Assembly: GCF_964204645.1 (NCBI RefSeq) | Contig: NC_134028.1 | Location: forward strand, 4,774,001-4,838,000 | Length of the DNA: 64,000 nucleotides | Direction: 5' to 3' | Origin: Tubulanus polymorphus | Taxonomy: Eukaryota; Animalia; Nemertea | In this document: piece by piece, positions 52,446 through 64,000 of the stretch | Position numbering within the stretch: position 1 is the stretch's first letter | How the letters are laid out: each line of letters starts with the position of its first letter | Program-made: the position numbers and the translations under genes | Notes under the pieces: model-generated | Database searches by the model: none | What the model saw: only the letters and a program-made list of their open reading frames with translations | What the model was told of the DNA's origin: nothing

Positions 52446-55400
52446 CTAGCTCAGTAAATTACGTATTTCTTTATGAATGTGGCAAAGATATTCGACATAG
52501 GAAGCAGTTCCGCTCGCTCCTCGGTCCTCAACGAGGAAATGTTGAAACCACGGCTCCAGTTTATCCCTCTGTCGTATTACCGTCAACTGAAATAAACAGA
52601 ACTCGATGTCAAGTTAAATGAACCATTTTTGAAATCAGAGAACTCATGAAGAGTTAGATAAATCGAACTTATGAAGAAGAGCTCATAAAAGAACTCATTT
52701 TCTCATGAAGAGTTAACACTTGAGGGAACTCATGAAGAGTTAACACTCAAGAACTCATGAAGATTTATAGAAAACAAACTCATGAAGAACTCGGTGAACT
52801 GCTAGAGTAGTATTTAGAGAACTCATGTGGTGTATAACTGAAGAGAACTCACCTTCATGCATCTATTCCTCTCTGTACGAATTCTATTTACAATTTGTCG
52901 TATTTTCTGTGATAACGGAGAATCAAGCTCCAACAATATACTCTACAAAATATAACAGTGTAACGACGTCAATAAACGACTAGTTTTTCAAATCCAGGAC
53001 TCGACGATTCTATACGCACCTTATCTATATCGATCTGTGCCAGTGACTGGACACCGAAAACATCGTGAACCCAATCAGGACTGATATTGTGTCCGATCCA
53101 TAGAAACATTGATATACCATTCTCTGTGAAAATATTACGGTACATAGAAACATTTGTATTCTAAAATACCATCAAATATCTATAAATTCTCGATCAGATT
53201 TCAATTTGTACCTAATAGATATGCACCGTCTTCTTGGAGACGTTCAACAGAACAGCGCACGGCAACAGGCATTTCATTTGTATTCATATCCAATGAATGC
53301 TACAAAATAACCAGAACATTACATTAAACTGAGTCCGACTTCAGGCTCTGTTGGCTGCTCATTCTTGCCATTGACAATAGGAGACACTTACCAACGGAAT
53401 GAGACGAGGATAGAAGAAAACAGCTGAAGCACTGACGTCCATTGAGTTCACTAAGTGCATTAAATAACTACGATCATCTGTAGAAATATCAGCAGCTGAA
53501 ATGGATTAAAAACACTATCAGAATCATTCCAGCAATCGCTATATGAGTGATAACAGTGCTCGATGGGTCGTATCGATAGGATTGATTCAGACATTTGACA
53601 GGTAAAAATTGCGAGTTCTCAAGGAATTAAATATACGGTACAATTACTGGAATAGTCCAATTATTTGCACATCCAACTTCAAACAATATTCTTTCTCAGA
53701 ATGTATGCCACTGAACCAGTAATTGACTAGTGTAGTGAGTAGAAATGAGCGGACAGCTACTTTTCAAGCTTTCATAGATATAACATGCTCATATTCTACT
53801 GCTCTCTCACTACAGGAGATTTTGTGTAATCTGTGCTCTGTTAAATACATTTTATGCTTATGAATTGTAGCACGCGTATGAAGCAGTGCCGGTACATCGC
53901 TATCAGCAGAGGGTAATAAGAGATTGATTGAAAATGCAACATTATAACATATTTCTAAATCTATACTGCAGCAGCCTGAGGTAGACCCTTAATCCTAGGA
54001 GGGAGGTAGGTCCCTTCTCATTCTGATCCAAGAATTAGGAAAGGAGGTTTCATTTCATATATCAACATCAAATGATTTAATGACTCAAAACATTTAAATT
54101 TTTGATTCCATTAAATAATCACCAATTTTTCATTTAATCAAAAGATAAAGACTTCAAAGAACCTTTGACTGCACAAAAACCCGATTTCCTTCACCAAAGA
54201 AAAAAGTCTGAAGCACAACATGCCTCGTTTCTCATTCCCTTTGAACATGACACATCAAATGAGTTTTAAACAAACCACCAGAAAAATGCATGAGATTCAG
54301 TACAAAAAATACAGAGCAATAATCAATTTCAATGATAACGCAGACACAGCTCATGCTAAATGCTATAAATAAACTGAGATCAGCTTAGAATTATTGAAAC
54401 TATTTCAGATACTACAGGGGGCGCAGTAGAGACATATCATTCATAGCTACCTTCAGGTTTCAACGGAGTAAATGTCTGCACAATATTGTCTGAAAGCAAG
54501 TTCACAAACAACTGGTGTCATTCAAAATATGACACTCGCAAAAAGATCGATCAGGTTTTTCGTAATCTAGTAACCGAATTCTTTTCATGCTTCCAAACAA
54601 CCGAATTTGGAATGAATGAATTCAGAAAATGCATATTTAGAAATCAGTGCAGCGTAGTAAGAAAATCTGCATCGTTATTCATGCAAGCTATCAGAGTTAG
54701 TTGAAACGACAAATACTTACTGCCCTGCAAACCATCGCTTTTGATAATACAGTTCGTATATAGTGGTAAGAGTTTCATACATTCAGGTAGAATGAGCTGA
54801 CCGGCAGACGACGGACTCGCGCAGTTCTTACGATAACAACCGAGTATCTGAGCGCATTCATTCATTATGTGTTCGCGTATTGCTTTAGGAGGCTGATTCA
54901 GAACATTTCGAATTGCTGTCAAATGGATAACATCAATAAGTAAATATGAAAATTGACAATTCCCCAATGGCATACAGCTGGGAGGGGTTGATCAAATATC
55001 ATATATATTCTTCAAGATCGAACCCAACCCTCACTGGATACCATAATAAGAAACAACGAAACTATTTGAAGTGACACTTGCCTTGTTTAGCCATATAGTT
55101 TACAACAGCATCAAGTTCCACATTTCTAAATACATCAGCCATCATCGTACAGCAGTTCAGAGCAAGATTGTGAATACGTAATCTTCGCTGACCGGATATA
55201 CTCGTAAACAACACCGCCACCTATTGACGAATTCAACAATTATATTCACTGTATCTATCATAGCCATATAAAGACATACAAGGATGACTGACCTGTATAA
55301 AAGCACCATCTGATTCATTAAGCTTGTCATCGTGTTTGATTTCAATAGTGACAGCTTTATCACAGTCAACTGACGCTAGTTCTACATCAGTTGTATTCGA

Positions 55401-58400
55401 CATGTAAAAACTACCCATGAAATCGGTCGGTCGGATTCCTAGAAAAAGATGAATACAGCAATTAACAGGCTACTGTGGCAAGTGAGGATACAGCAAGATA
55501 TCCTAATATACACAGTCGTACTAGGTTAAGTCGTCAACATTCATCCCTATTTTTGAGTTCCAATTTGTATTTCTAATTCAATTTACAAAGTGTAAGTCAT
55601 CACTTGGATAAGTTGTTAAAATATTGATTGTCCCAACTATGATGACTTAAGTGAGTTTTACTGCATGATCAATCGATGCTAGAATCAGATCAAATTCTAA
55701 GTTATTGTTCCTAATGAACAATGATGAATTAAGCAAGATTTACGAGATGGTTTGTTATACACTTTATCGATATCTTCCTGGGGCCAGTTACGCAGTCCTT
55801 AGATTTATGACCGGTCTAAAAGCAACTTAGTTCTATAGCCAATCTAACAACTACTAATCTTGGACTTAAGTCACAATTGTACAACCGGGCCCCCTACAAA
55901 GCACCGAAAAGATCTATTCTACTGAATAATTATTTTTTACCTGTACTAGTGCGAACTCTCATAATAGCATCAAATGCAATCGGTCTCATCACATTATGTC
56001 TTAAATCCGACAGGAATCGTTCACCGTCGATATCCGCCTGGAAGTACGTATATTTATACACCTGTCCGCCGGTTAATTTACACAGCTCCGACACGGTAGC
56101 GACATCTATATACGCATTCGGAAACAAGAACAGATCGACCGAACAGCCGGCGGTTACGCAATCCTGTCCGAGTTTAGAGTAGAAATTGCTGCTCGGTGAT
56201 AGAATAGTCTGAAATAAATCAATATAAAATTATCAGCAACACGACAGAAACATAGACTCAAAGACCACAACCGGGAGTTTGATCATCAGGAAACAGATCC
56301 ATAGTTCTCCCGTTATTAATTGACTTGAGAGTTAAAGCATTGGAATGAATTTTCCTTTACTCTGTAGCATCAAACTAAACCTACTATCGTGGAACTTGGT
56401 CCAGAACTGTGGAAATGAGTCCTGATACAAGAATCTAGACTAATCTTTTTTTCTCGTTTTGAATCATCAGTAAACAACAACAAATACTTTCTACCTGATA
56501 TAGATGAGTGACCCCGGCGAGAGGTGCTACCATTTAACAGTTTATATTTACCGGGTGAGATACATGCAATTTAGCATCTATTCAAATACATTGATTTATT
56601 CTAGTCTTCTATTTCAGGACATGCTGTTACACATAAATGAGGGAACACCACAATTAAGGGGAGGGGAAGCTACATGTAAGGAAACCCTGCACCAACATCG
56701 ATTCCTCAATTCTAATTTCTGATTGCTAAATTTTAAAGAATAAATTTTTCTTTCGGGAGGCTACAAAAATAGAATTGAATGATTGCCGTTGACCCCGGGC
56801 ATGCAGTTATATATACCCCCACTATAGAGGCCACGCCTTCAGAGCCAGCGTGACCTAGTTTACTGACAATTCCCTCAGTGGCAGGTGACAACATAGGCTG
56901 AAAAAATATCCATCAGAAAACCTAGTGTAATAATAATAGAAAACAAAGTGGCGACGAAATAAACAAAATCAACACAAAACTTCTGCAGACGTAAAATCAA
57001 AATAATTTTTACACACAATGAAATCATAACATGCCACAAAAACAAGGAATAACGCACACAATTCACAAATAAAACTGTATCAATTTCTACCTTTTCTTTG
57101 TCGCTTCCGAGTAATTTTCGATCGTCACGATTTTTCAGTTTTCCGGGAGCTTCCGCGATCGGTAAAGAAGTGTGGAAGATATAGAGTTTGCCGGTACAAT
57201 CCGCTGATTTCAGCGCATCGAGACCAGCCTGTACTACCGGACCAAGTATCGTCTCGGTCTCACGAGACTCCTGGAACAAATACGGAATCTGCTCCAATAA
57301 ACTGAAAAATAATAATATAACATCACTGATCAATCAATCAAATTTAAAATCAATCATAGAAGGGTTTAGTGGAAGAGCAAACAATTGATGGCAGAATAAT
57401 CAAAGGTCCCACCCAATTCAACAGTTCTTTAACGTGAACCACAGTTAAATCAATTTATTTCCAATGTTTTAATTAACCTGGGAATGGGAGTCGAATATTG
57501 ATGAAGAACTGTTGGAACAAGGTTTCAATAATTTTCGCGTAAAACGGATTTTTTAAATTCACTAATTACCTGTCAATAACTAACTCTGATTCGGATAATT
57601 TCACCAGAAATCCATCGACTAAAGGAACGAACATATCCTGTACGTCGGATACAACTAACATCTGAGGTTGAGCCAAACATCCTTTTACATTATAGAAATG
57701 AATCACGTTGCTATACGTAGCGAATCCAACACGAATCTCTGATTCCTCCATTCCAGCTTCCCTACAATACACAATATATACATTCATCAAATAATCTTCA
57801 ATCAAAACATATAGGATTAGATAATCATCCACCCCTGATGAAGATTCAATAATAGTTCCTTATGTATAGAATGTACTAAAATTATCTACGTTATCAATCA
57901 ATCTAAATAAATTGTTTCTTTCTGCCGAATATTTAACATAGTTACAGAGAAAATGAATACTGTATTATTTGTTTGCCAAATAGTTGATATTTTGAGGAGG
58001 AATAAGACTCTTAAGTAGAAACTAATTCCAAATCATGAAGGCAGCTAGATATTAGCCTGATTTCTAACAGGTATAGGTTGAGAACTTACTTGGGCAGGTT
58101 GACGAGAATGTCATTTTTTAAACGTTGACACATGAGATGAACGAGACCACATTTCACAGCATGATACGACACATCAATCATGAAGATAAACGCCGGCGGT
58201 TTCGGGAATTGATTATTCTGTAATAAAACAAGCGCTCATTCAGTTCTTGAATCCTTAACTCTGATATTTCCCTGACCCTTTACCAAAAATTCCTGGATTA
58301 AACAACAAGATAGGAGGGGTTTCTTATCAAGAGGTTCCATGTGCCACTCATCACCAGCAAGAACAAGAAGTACCAAAAATTCAAATCCTGACCTAATCCT

Positions 58401-61321
58401 GACCCACGACCAAAATTCCCTCACCAAATTTTAAGATATTCTCAGTGGAGGCTGTTTCTTATTAAGAGGATCCTTGTGCCACTTGTCACCAGCACGAACA
58501 ACAAGACACCAAAAATTTAAATTCACTGACTTCTCAAGAAGAGTCAGAATTCTCTGATCTCTAGGAACCCGGGAGACTGTTAAGATTAGAATAGTGACTT
58601 TTAGTGACTACCTACCCTGCAATATTCTTTAGTGGCGACAAATTCATAAGATCCCAAACACAGCTCCGGTCTATCATATTTATCTACGCGGCAACCGGTG
58701 TGATCTAAATGAGCGAAGTATTCCGATGGCACTGAAAATAACCGTAAACATCAATCATTGATTCATTATGTGCAAGATATTTAAAATAGCTCATAAGATT
58801 TTTGATAGTGGGATTTTATTCAATTTCATTTTAAATATAACAGAGAAAAGAATTTTACCTTCACTCGAACAAAGACAGAAACAACATTGAAATCTTCGTC
58901 CCCCGTCGATGAACTGCATTTGCGGATTCATGTAAGCTTTACACCTATTACACCTCACCGGACCGAGCTGTCCCAAATCCACCAGGGGTAGAGGGTTCTA
59001 TAAACACACGATTTTCACATTCAAATCATCACTCTTCACAATTTAGAGCAGAAAAAAATGATAGCGATACACACCTCTTTTTCGCTGAGTCGAGCAAATG
59101 GATTTATAGTCAGTGATATCGGTATATGACACTGTTTTATGATATCCTGAGTGCACGGTATATTATACATTGTGGAGCGGATAAACTTCGGGTTGGCATT
59201 TCCTGAAATACATTGTTATATTACGATATTACTCACTTGAGTCTGATGAACAATCAAAAGTTCATTTATCAGTTTCAAGATTTGGATAATTCTTATCATC
59301 CCGTAGACACATTTAAGCCGAGAACTCGCAGAATAATTAAATTTCAATATCACAAGTTGTTGGATTGCTCTTTTTACGTTGAGAATACATCATTATCCGC
59401 CAATAAACCGAGTCCTCGGGGTCCAGTTTTGCGGAACAAACTTTGAACTACCAGCACTAGACTCCTCAAGTAGATCGCAATAATTACCTTGATCTTCAGT
59501 ATAGAACTCAGTAGTGACTAGAGGAGGAACCAATCCTCTTGAACCAGTTTGAAATAATCCTGAACGATTTCGTTTATCGTCTTCTATTACTTGAATCTTT
59601 CAAAACGAATTAAACACAGTTCAGTTAAACACTTCTTTATATCAGTTTTAAGTCACCATCGATGACAGCAGTTTAATTACTCACCGGACTAGGCATTTGA
59701 TCGGGATCAAGTCTACGTGGTTGAGATGGAGCTGCTAGAGGCCTCTGAGCTTGAGGATAAGATGGATGAGCTCCAAACTGACCAGGAGCCGAGTGAACTG
59801 GACTACCAGACATACTACCTGGCCCACCAGCAAAACCAGATTGAGGAGGCATTCCTGGTTGCGGTGGACCCATTCCCATACCAGGCTGTGGCGGCATTCC
59901 TTGCTGTGGAGGCATTCCTGGTTGAGGTGGCATTCCCGGCTGTGGAGGCATACCAGGTTGAGGTGGCATTCCCCGCTGCGGAGGCATTCCTGGTTGAGGT
60001 GGCATTCCCGGCTGTGGAGGCATACCAGGTTGTGGTGGCATACCATGCTGTTGTGGGGGCATACCAGGTTGTGAAGGCATTGCCATTGGTGGTGTTGGTC
60101 TAAGTCCCATGTGTGATGGTGGTCCAGCCCCGGATGAAGGAGGGAATCCACTTGGTCCACTAGGTGGCCCTGGTGGTCCAGATCCATACATTGATGTTGG
60201 TGGACCAGTTGGTGGCATCGCTTGAGAAGGGTTTCCTTGTGGTGGACCTCTGAAAGGTGCACCTTGCTGGCCATGCATTGAATTTGGAGGACCCTGCATT
60301 GAATTTGGGGGTCCATGAACTGAAGTTGGAGGACCCTGCATTGAATTTGGGGGTCCATGAATTGAAGTTGGAGGTCCATGAATTGAAGTTGGAGGACCCT
60401 GCATTGAATTTGGCGGTCCATGAATTGAAGTTGGAGGTCCATGAATTGAAGTTGGAGGACCCTGCATTGAATTTGGCGGTCCATGCATTGAAGTTGGAGG
60501 ACCCTGCATTGAATTTGGCGGTCCATGCATTGAAGTTGGAGGTCCATGAATTGAAGTTGGAGGACCCTGCATTGAATTTGGCGGTCGGTACATTGGTTGC
60601 CCTGGAGTTGGACCCTGTCCTTGCATGGGAGGCCCTGGAGGTGGACCCTGTCCTTGCATAGGAGGCCCAGGGGGTCTTTGGAATCCAGGTCCAGAATTAG
60701 GAGCATTCATAGGAGGAAATCCTGGCCTTGAAAGAGGTGCAGACATTGGAGGTAAATTCGGCCTCTGTGGTGGTGCACCCTGTAAATAAACGTTAATTAC
60801 TTGATACTGCCAGAAATTGGACAAATCAAATTTCATTTACTTCTATGAATAACTCACCATAGGAGGTCTCGGAGCTCCTCCATCCAGATTGAGAGAACCC
60901 ATTTGATTGGTTAACTGATTTGATGCAGGTGGCCGCATGCCTGGAGGTCCAGGCGGAGGTCCTCTTGTCGGCGAAGGGCCACCCATCATTGTATTTGGCG
61001 GTGCCCCAAATGGAGCCTGTTGTCTGAATTGATCTCCTTGTGGTCCTGGAAATGACCCGTTTTGCATGTTCGGCGGCGGGGGTCTGAATTGTTGAGGTGG
61101 CATTCCGGGTTTAAATCCTGGACCTAAACAAATCATCAATTAAAATTCACATCAATCAAGATCCACAAGAAGTTTCAATGGCTATCACCATTCTTAATTC
61201 ACTTACCTTGCATATGCGGTGGCTGTTGTCCAGGACCGTTAAACGTATTAGGTCCGCCAGGGGGACGTTGACCCATCATCGGGCCCGGTCCCCCGTGACC
61301 AGGATTCATATATGGATTCAT
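52446..61321 (-). CDS. SEC24C: COPII cargo adaptor Sec24C/D
   Basis: ATG 61321; Pro/Gly/Gln-rich N-terminus ending [11 protein letters not shown]; zinc finger [14 protein letters not shown]...FQCCFC; trunk v[32 protein letters not shown]; helical [25 protein letters not shown]; C-terminus [18 protein letters not shown] (TAG 52446-52448). Likely the single invertebrate SEC24C/D co-ortholog. Confidence 0.97.
52638..52850. repeat. Intronic degenerate minisatellite (gaactcatgaagagt)
   Basis: About 8 imperfect copies of gaactcatgaaga in the last SEC24 intron. Confidence 0.65.
59850..60590 (-). repeat. Coding tandem repeats in the SEC24 N-terminus: 21-nt units ([14 protein letters not shown], ~60275-60590) and 18-nt units (PPQPGM, ~59850-60075)
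   Basis: Visible in both the DNA and the 59673-60836 translation. Confidence 0.9.
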
Positions 61322-61539
61322 CAAAGTCTAATGAACTGAAATGAGATTTTAAGTCAAATTCATTTTCAAACGATTTAAAATTGAAAAACAAAGGAACGAC
61401 TACTTCGCCCGCAGCAGGTATTGCAAGGACAATGCAAAAGTTAACTAAGAAAACAAACGAAACAAAAGAAGAAGCTGTCATTTCTAAACATAACATAGGC
61501 ATAAAACAAATATTGATTGTTGAATGATCCTGATTGCAA

Positions 61540-61860
61540 AACCAGGAAGTGAAAATACCGGCGGGTAGCAGTTTTTAGGCTTCAGGCGTCGATTTCAAGG
61601 CGTTTAACAAATTCACGTTCACTTATTTTAAATTCTCTGAATTAACGAGTTAACCATCGAATATAGAATGCGTTATTTACCTTTAAAATCCTCTAAATCT
61701 CTCCAAATATTCGAATATTTCTTGATTTTTTGCCACGTCCGATTTGACAAGTGTCGAGTTGACGCATGCGCAGCACGTGCCACGTCGACAGGGCGCGGTG
61801 TATTGTGGGTAAAATACAATATGGCCGCGCCCATGGACCGGAAGTGTCGGTGACTGTGGA
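61540..61860. promoter_or_regulatory. Bidirectional promoter SEC24C/FUT11 with two TGCCACGTC elements, ETS and NRF1-like motifs
   Basis: TGCCACGTC at 61731-61739 and 61778-61786; GCATGCGC ~61764; CACGTG ~61774; CCGGAAGT ~61838; CAGGAAGT ~61543; locally CpG-rich. Confidence 0.65.
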
Positions 61861-62385
61861 ATTCCCGGAATCTGTCATATGAGGTTTTCGACACTTCTGG
61901 CGTCGCAAGCAACCCAATATCATACAATGCTAATCAAATATAGTAGGCAGCTGAACTGATGAATACTGTTACTGCGATCAATTAAGAAAATACATACTTA
62001 AAAGACCAACAATAAAATTGATAAATTATAAACCTATGTTGTTCGAGTGGCGTAACCGTAAAGTGTAGAAAAATTATTTTTATAAAGACGCCTAGTGCGC
62101 ACTATTTCGTGCTCAAGTTTGTGTATTAGTTATGATGGTCTGAGCTGGCACATATCAGGTGTGTGGGACCTTTACTTTCAGATGTCATAATTCTGCAGAG
62201 TGATAACTATAGCTGTTATGTTTTTTGACGTGTCAAAATGATGTAAACAAAACTGGGAAAACAGCAGATTGCGGGTGCTGTGGCGGCCCGGTGACGGTGT
62301 ATCCGGTAATAACCCCATGTAACTGATTGATAACGCACAATATGAGCAGTTTATATTACAGCAGGGTGAGATCTGTTGATCTGGA

Positions 62386-63707
62386 ATGTTATTCAGCACT
62401 CGTCGCTGTAAGAAGAGAATGTATGCTGCAGGAATTGCTGTGTTAACGATCTGTCTTTTACTGACGTTTCGTAATTTTGTCGCCGAGAATCTGAAAAGCG
62501 ATGATCACGACAGGAACCTAGCGTTCGGAGCCGGTTCGATTAGAACTGAGCAACTCGTGGCGAACGTCGCTAATTTAACGAACATGTCAGTCCGCTCTGA
62601 TATCCCTATAATAGTGTGGTGGACTCCGCGTTTGTATCTACGCCCGGATTTAGATCTGACGGAATGTAAGAACGGACACGCGTGTTATCTATCGGCTAAT
62701 CGTAAACACATGTCGAATCCGATGACTAGAGGGTTAATATTTTACGGTACAGATATCGAGCCCGGCGACCTGCCCTCCCCACGGGTACCTCATCGCGAGT
62801 GGGCTCTATTCCACGAGGAATCTCCGATGAATATCCAACTCCTTCAACACTGTCGATTCTTCCGACTGTTCAACCATACGGCGACTTTCAAACGCGAATC
62901 GGACTTTCCTCTGACGACTCAGAGTATAATCAACCTAGCGTACCTCGTCGAGCGTAAACCGGTTTCAATCGCGGAGAAAAACTCGTACCGTAAACGTGGT
63001 TACGCTCCTGTGTTATACGTTCAGTCTCATTGTAATGTCGCGTCCTATCGGGATATTTACGTGAAGGAATTGATGAAACATTTAGAGGTTGATTCTTACG
63101 GAAGTTGTCTGAATAATAAACAGTTTGAATCGACGGATTTAGATGACGCGGTCGAGAGTATGAACGCTCCGAAGTTTCTAGATCTGATCTCGAGGTATAA
63201 ATTCCACCTGGCTTTCGAGAATGCTCTCTGCGACGATTACATGACCGAGAAACTGTTCCGAGTGATTCACGTCGGGTCGGTCCCGGTTTACCGCGGCTCC
63301 CCGCGTGCCCCGGACTGGATGCCCGATAATAAAACTATAATCATGGTCGATAATTTTACGACTCCTTTAGAATTAGCGAATTATATCAAATATTTAGACG
63401 CAAACGATGACGAATACGAATCTTATCTGAATTATCGTAAACCGAAAGGAATCACGAATCAATTTCTTCGCCAACAGATTCACGACCGCGAATGGGGTTG
63501 TAATGATTTATACATGCCGAATTTCATCGAAGCGTTCGAGTGTCACGTGTGCGAGAAAATATCGGAGCGTTACAAACACGAAACGGCGCGTCGATCGGAT
63601 CCGAGTCTCGAACCGTTGCCTCCGAAGATCGCTCACGTTGATCAGATGAGGTGCCCTGTTCCTCATAAACCATTCGGGATTCTAGATGACAATAAAAACA
63701 ATGACAG
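62386..63707 (+). CDS. FUT11: GT10 fucosyltransferase FUT11-like (FUT10/11 group); large first coding exon, gene continues past the donor at 63708
   Basis: Type II TM anchor; PIIVWWTP, IFYGTD, WALFHEESPMN, GYAPVLYVQSHC, VDSYGSCL, RYKFHLAFENALCDDYMTEKL, VPVYRGSP..DWMP, GITNQFL, HDREWG..D..PN..FEC.VC. These match FUT11 better than FUT10 as I recall the two sequences. Confidence 0.93.
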
Positions 63708-64000
63708 GTAAAGAGAAGAGCAGGGTTTGAGGGGAAAGAGGATGGTTAGAATAGAGATATTGGGGGGTTACAGTTAATTAACAAAATTTAGTGTACAATG
63801 AAACTGGTTTTGATGATTTACTTAAGAATTCAAAATACAAATTGGGATTAGAATTACGGGTATGTGAAGAGGTGACGAAGTCCTACAATAGAATTTCAAT
63901 CGGATAAATTTTATTGGAATGAAACCGCAATGTAGTTGGTAGTTGGTAGTTGACTAACAGCCATCAGGTGGAATGACCAGTAACAAAGCATATAAACTCA

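Noticed and set aside
54451-54475. 25-nt AG..GT-flanked microexon in a long SEC24 intron
   Set aside because: Not a multiple of three and introduces a stop; could be a poison exon but there is no supporting evidence.
59717-60706. Long alternative-frame and antisense ORFs (59717-60103, 59735-60706, 59751-60074, 60257-60661)
   Set aside because: By-products of stop-free 18/21-nt coding repeats in the SEC24 Pro-rich exon; no independent signals.

Overview
Compact, intron-rich, AT-rich eukaryotic DNA, most consistent with a marine invertebrate bilaterian (inference from gene content and short GT-AG introns). Nine spliced genes are supported: RPTOR (-, 5' part only), COX19 (+), MRPS7 (-), a ~22.4 kb non-kinase ROCO gene (+), ADAP1/centaurin-alpha (-), an effector caspase (+), TSEN54 (+), SEC24C/D (-) and FUT11 (+, runs off the window). 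Eight of the nine form head-to-head pairs. There are also two TIR elements with target-site duplications, many intronic MITEs, and LINE/SINE fragments. The strongest candidates for undescribed biology are three. (1) A giant NLR-like ROCO protein: LRR, degenerate COR modules, MYCBP2-like Cys module, SPRY, LRR with an EF-hand, ROC-COR, a catalytically dead TIR plus a TIR with the catalytic Glu, a TRN1/bacterial-ROCO-like C-terminal domain and a CaaX tail. (2) An effector caspase with two frame-incompatible, mutually exclusive versions of the exon encoding the L1 loop and S1 arginine. (3) A 2.7 kb transposon carrying a ~23-unit two-type array built from its own terminal motif, inserted in a duplicated ADAP1/caspase bidirectional promoter. 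All exon structures and family assignments were read by eye and from remembered family motifs; no searches were run.
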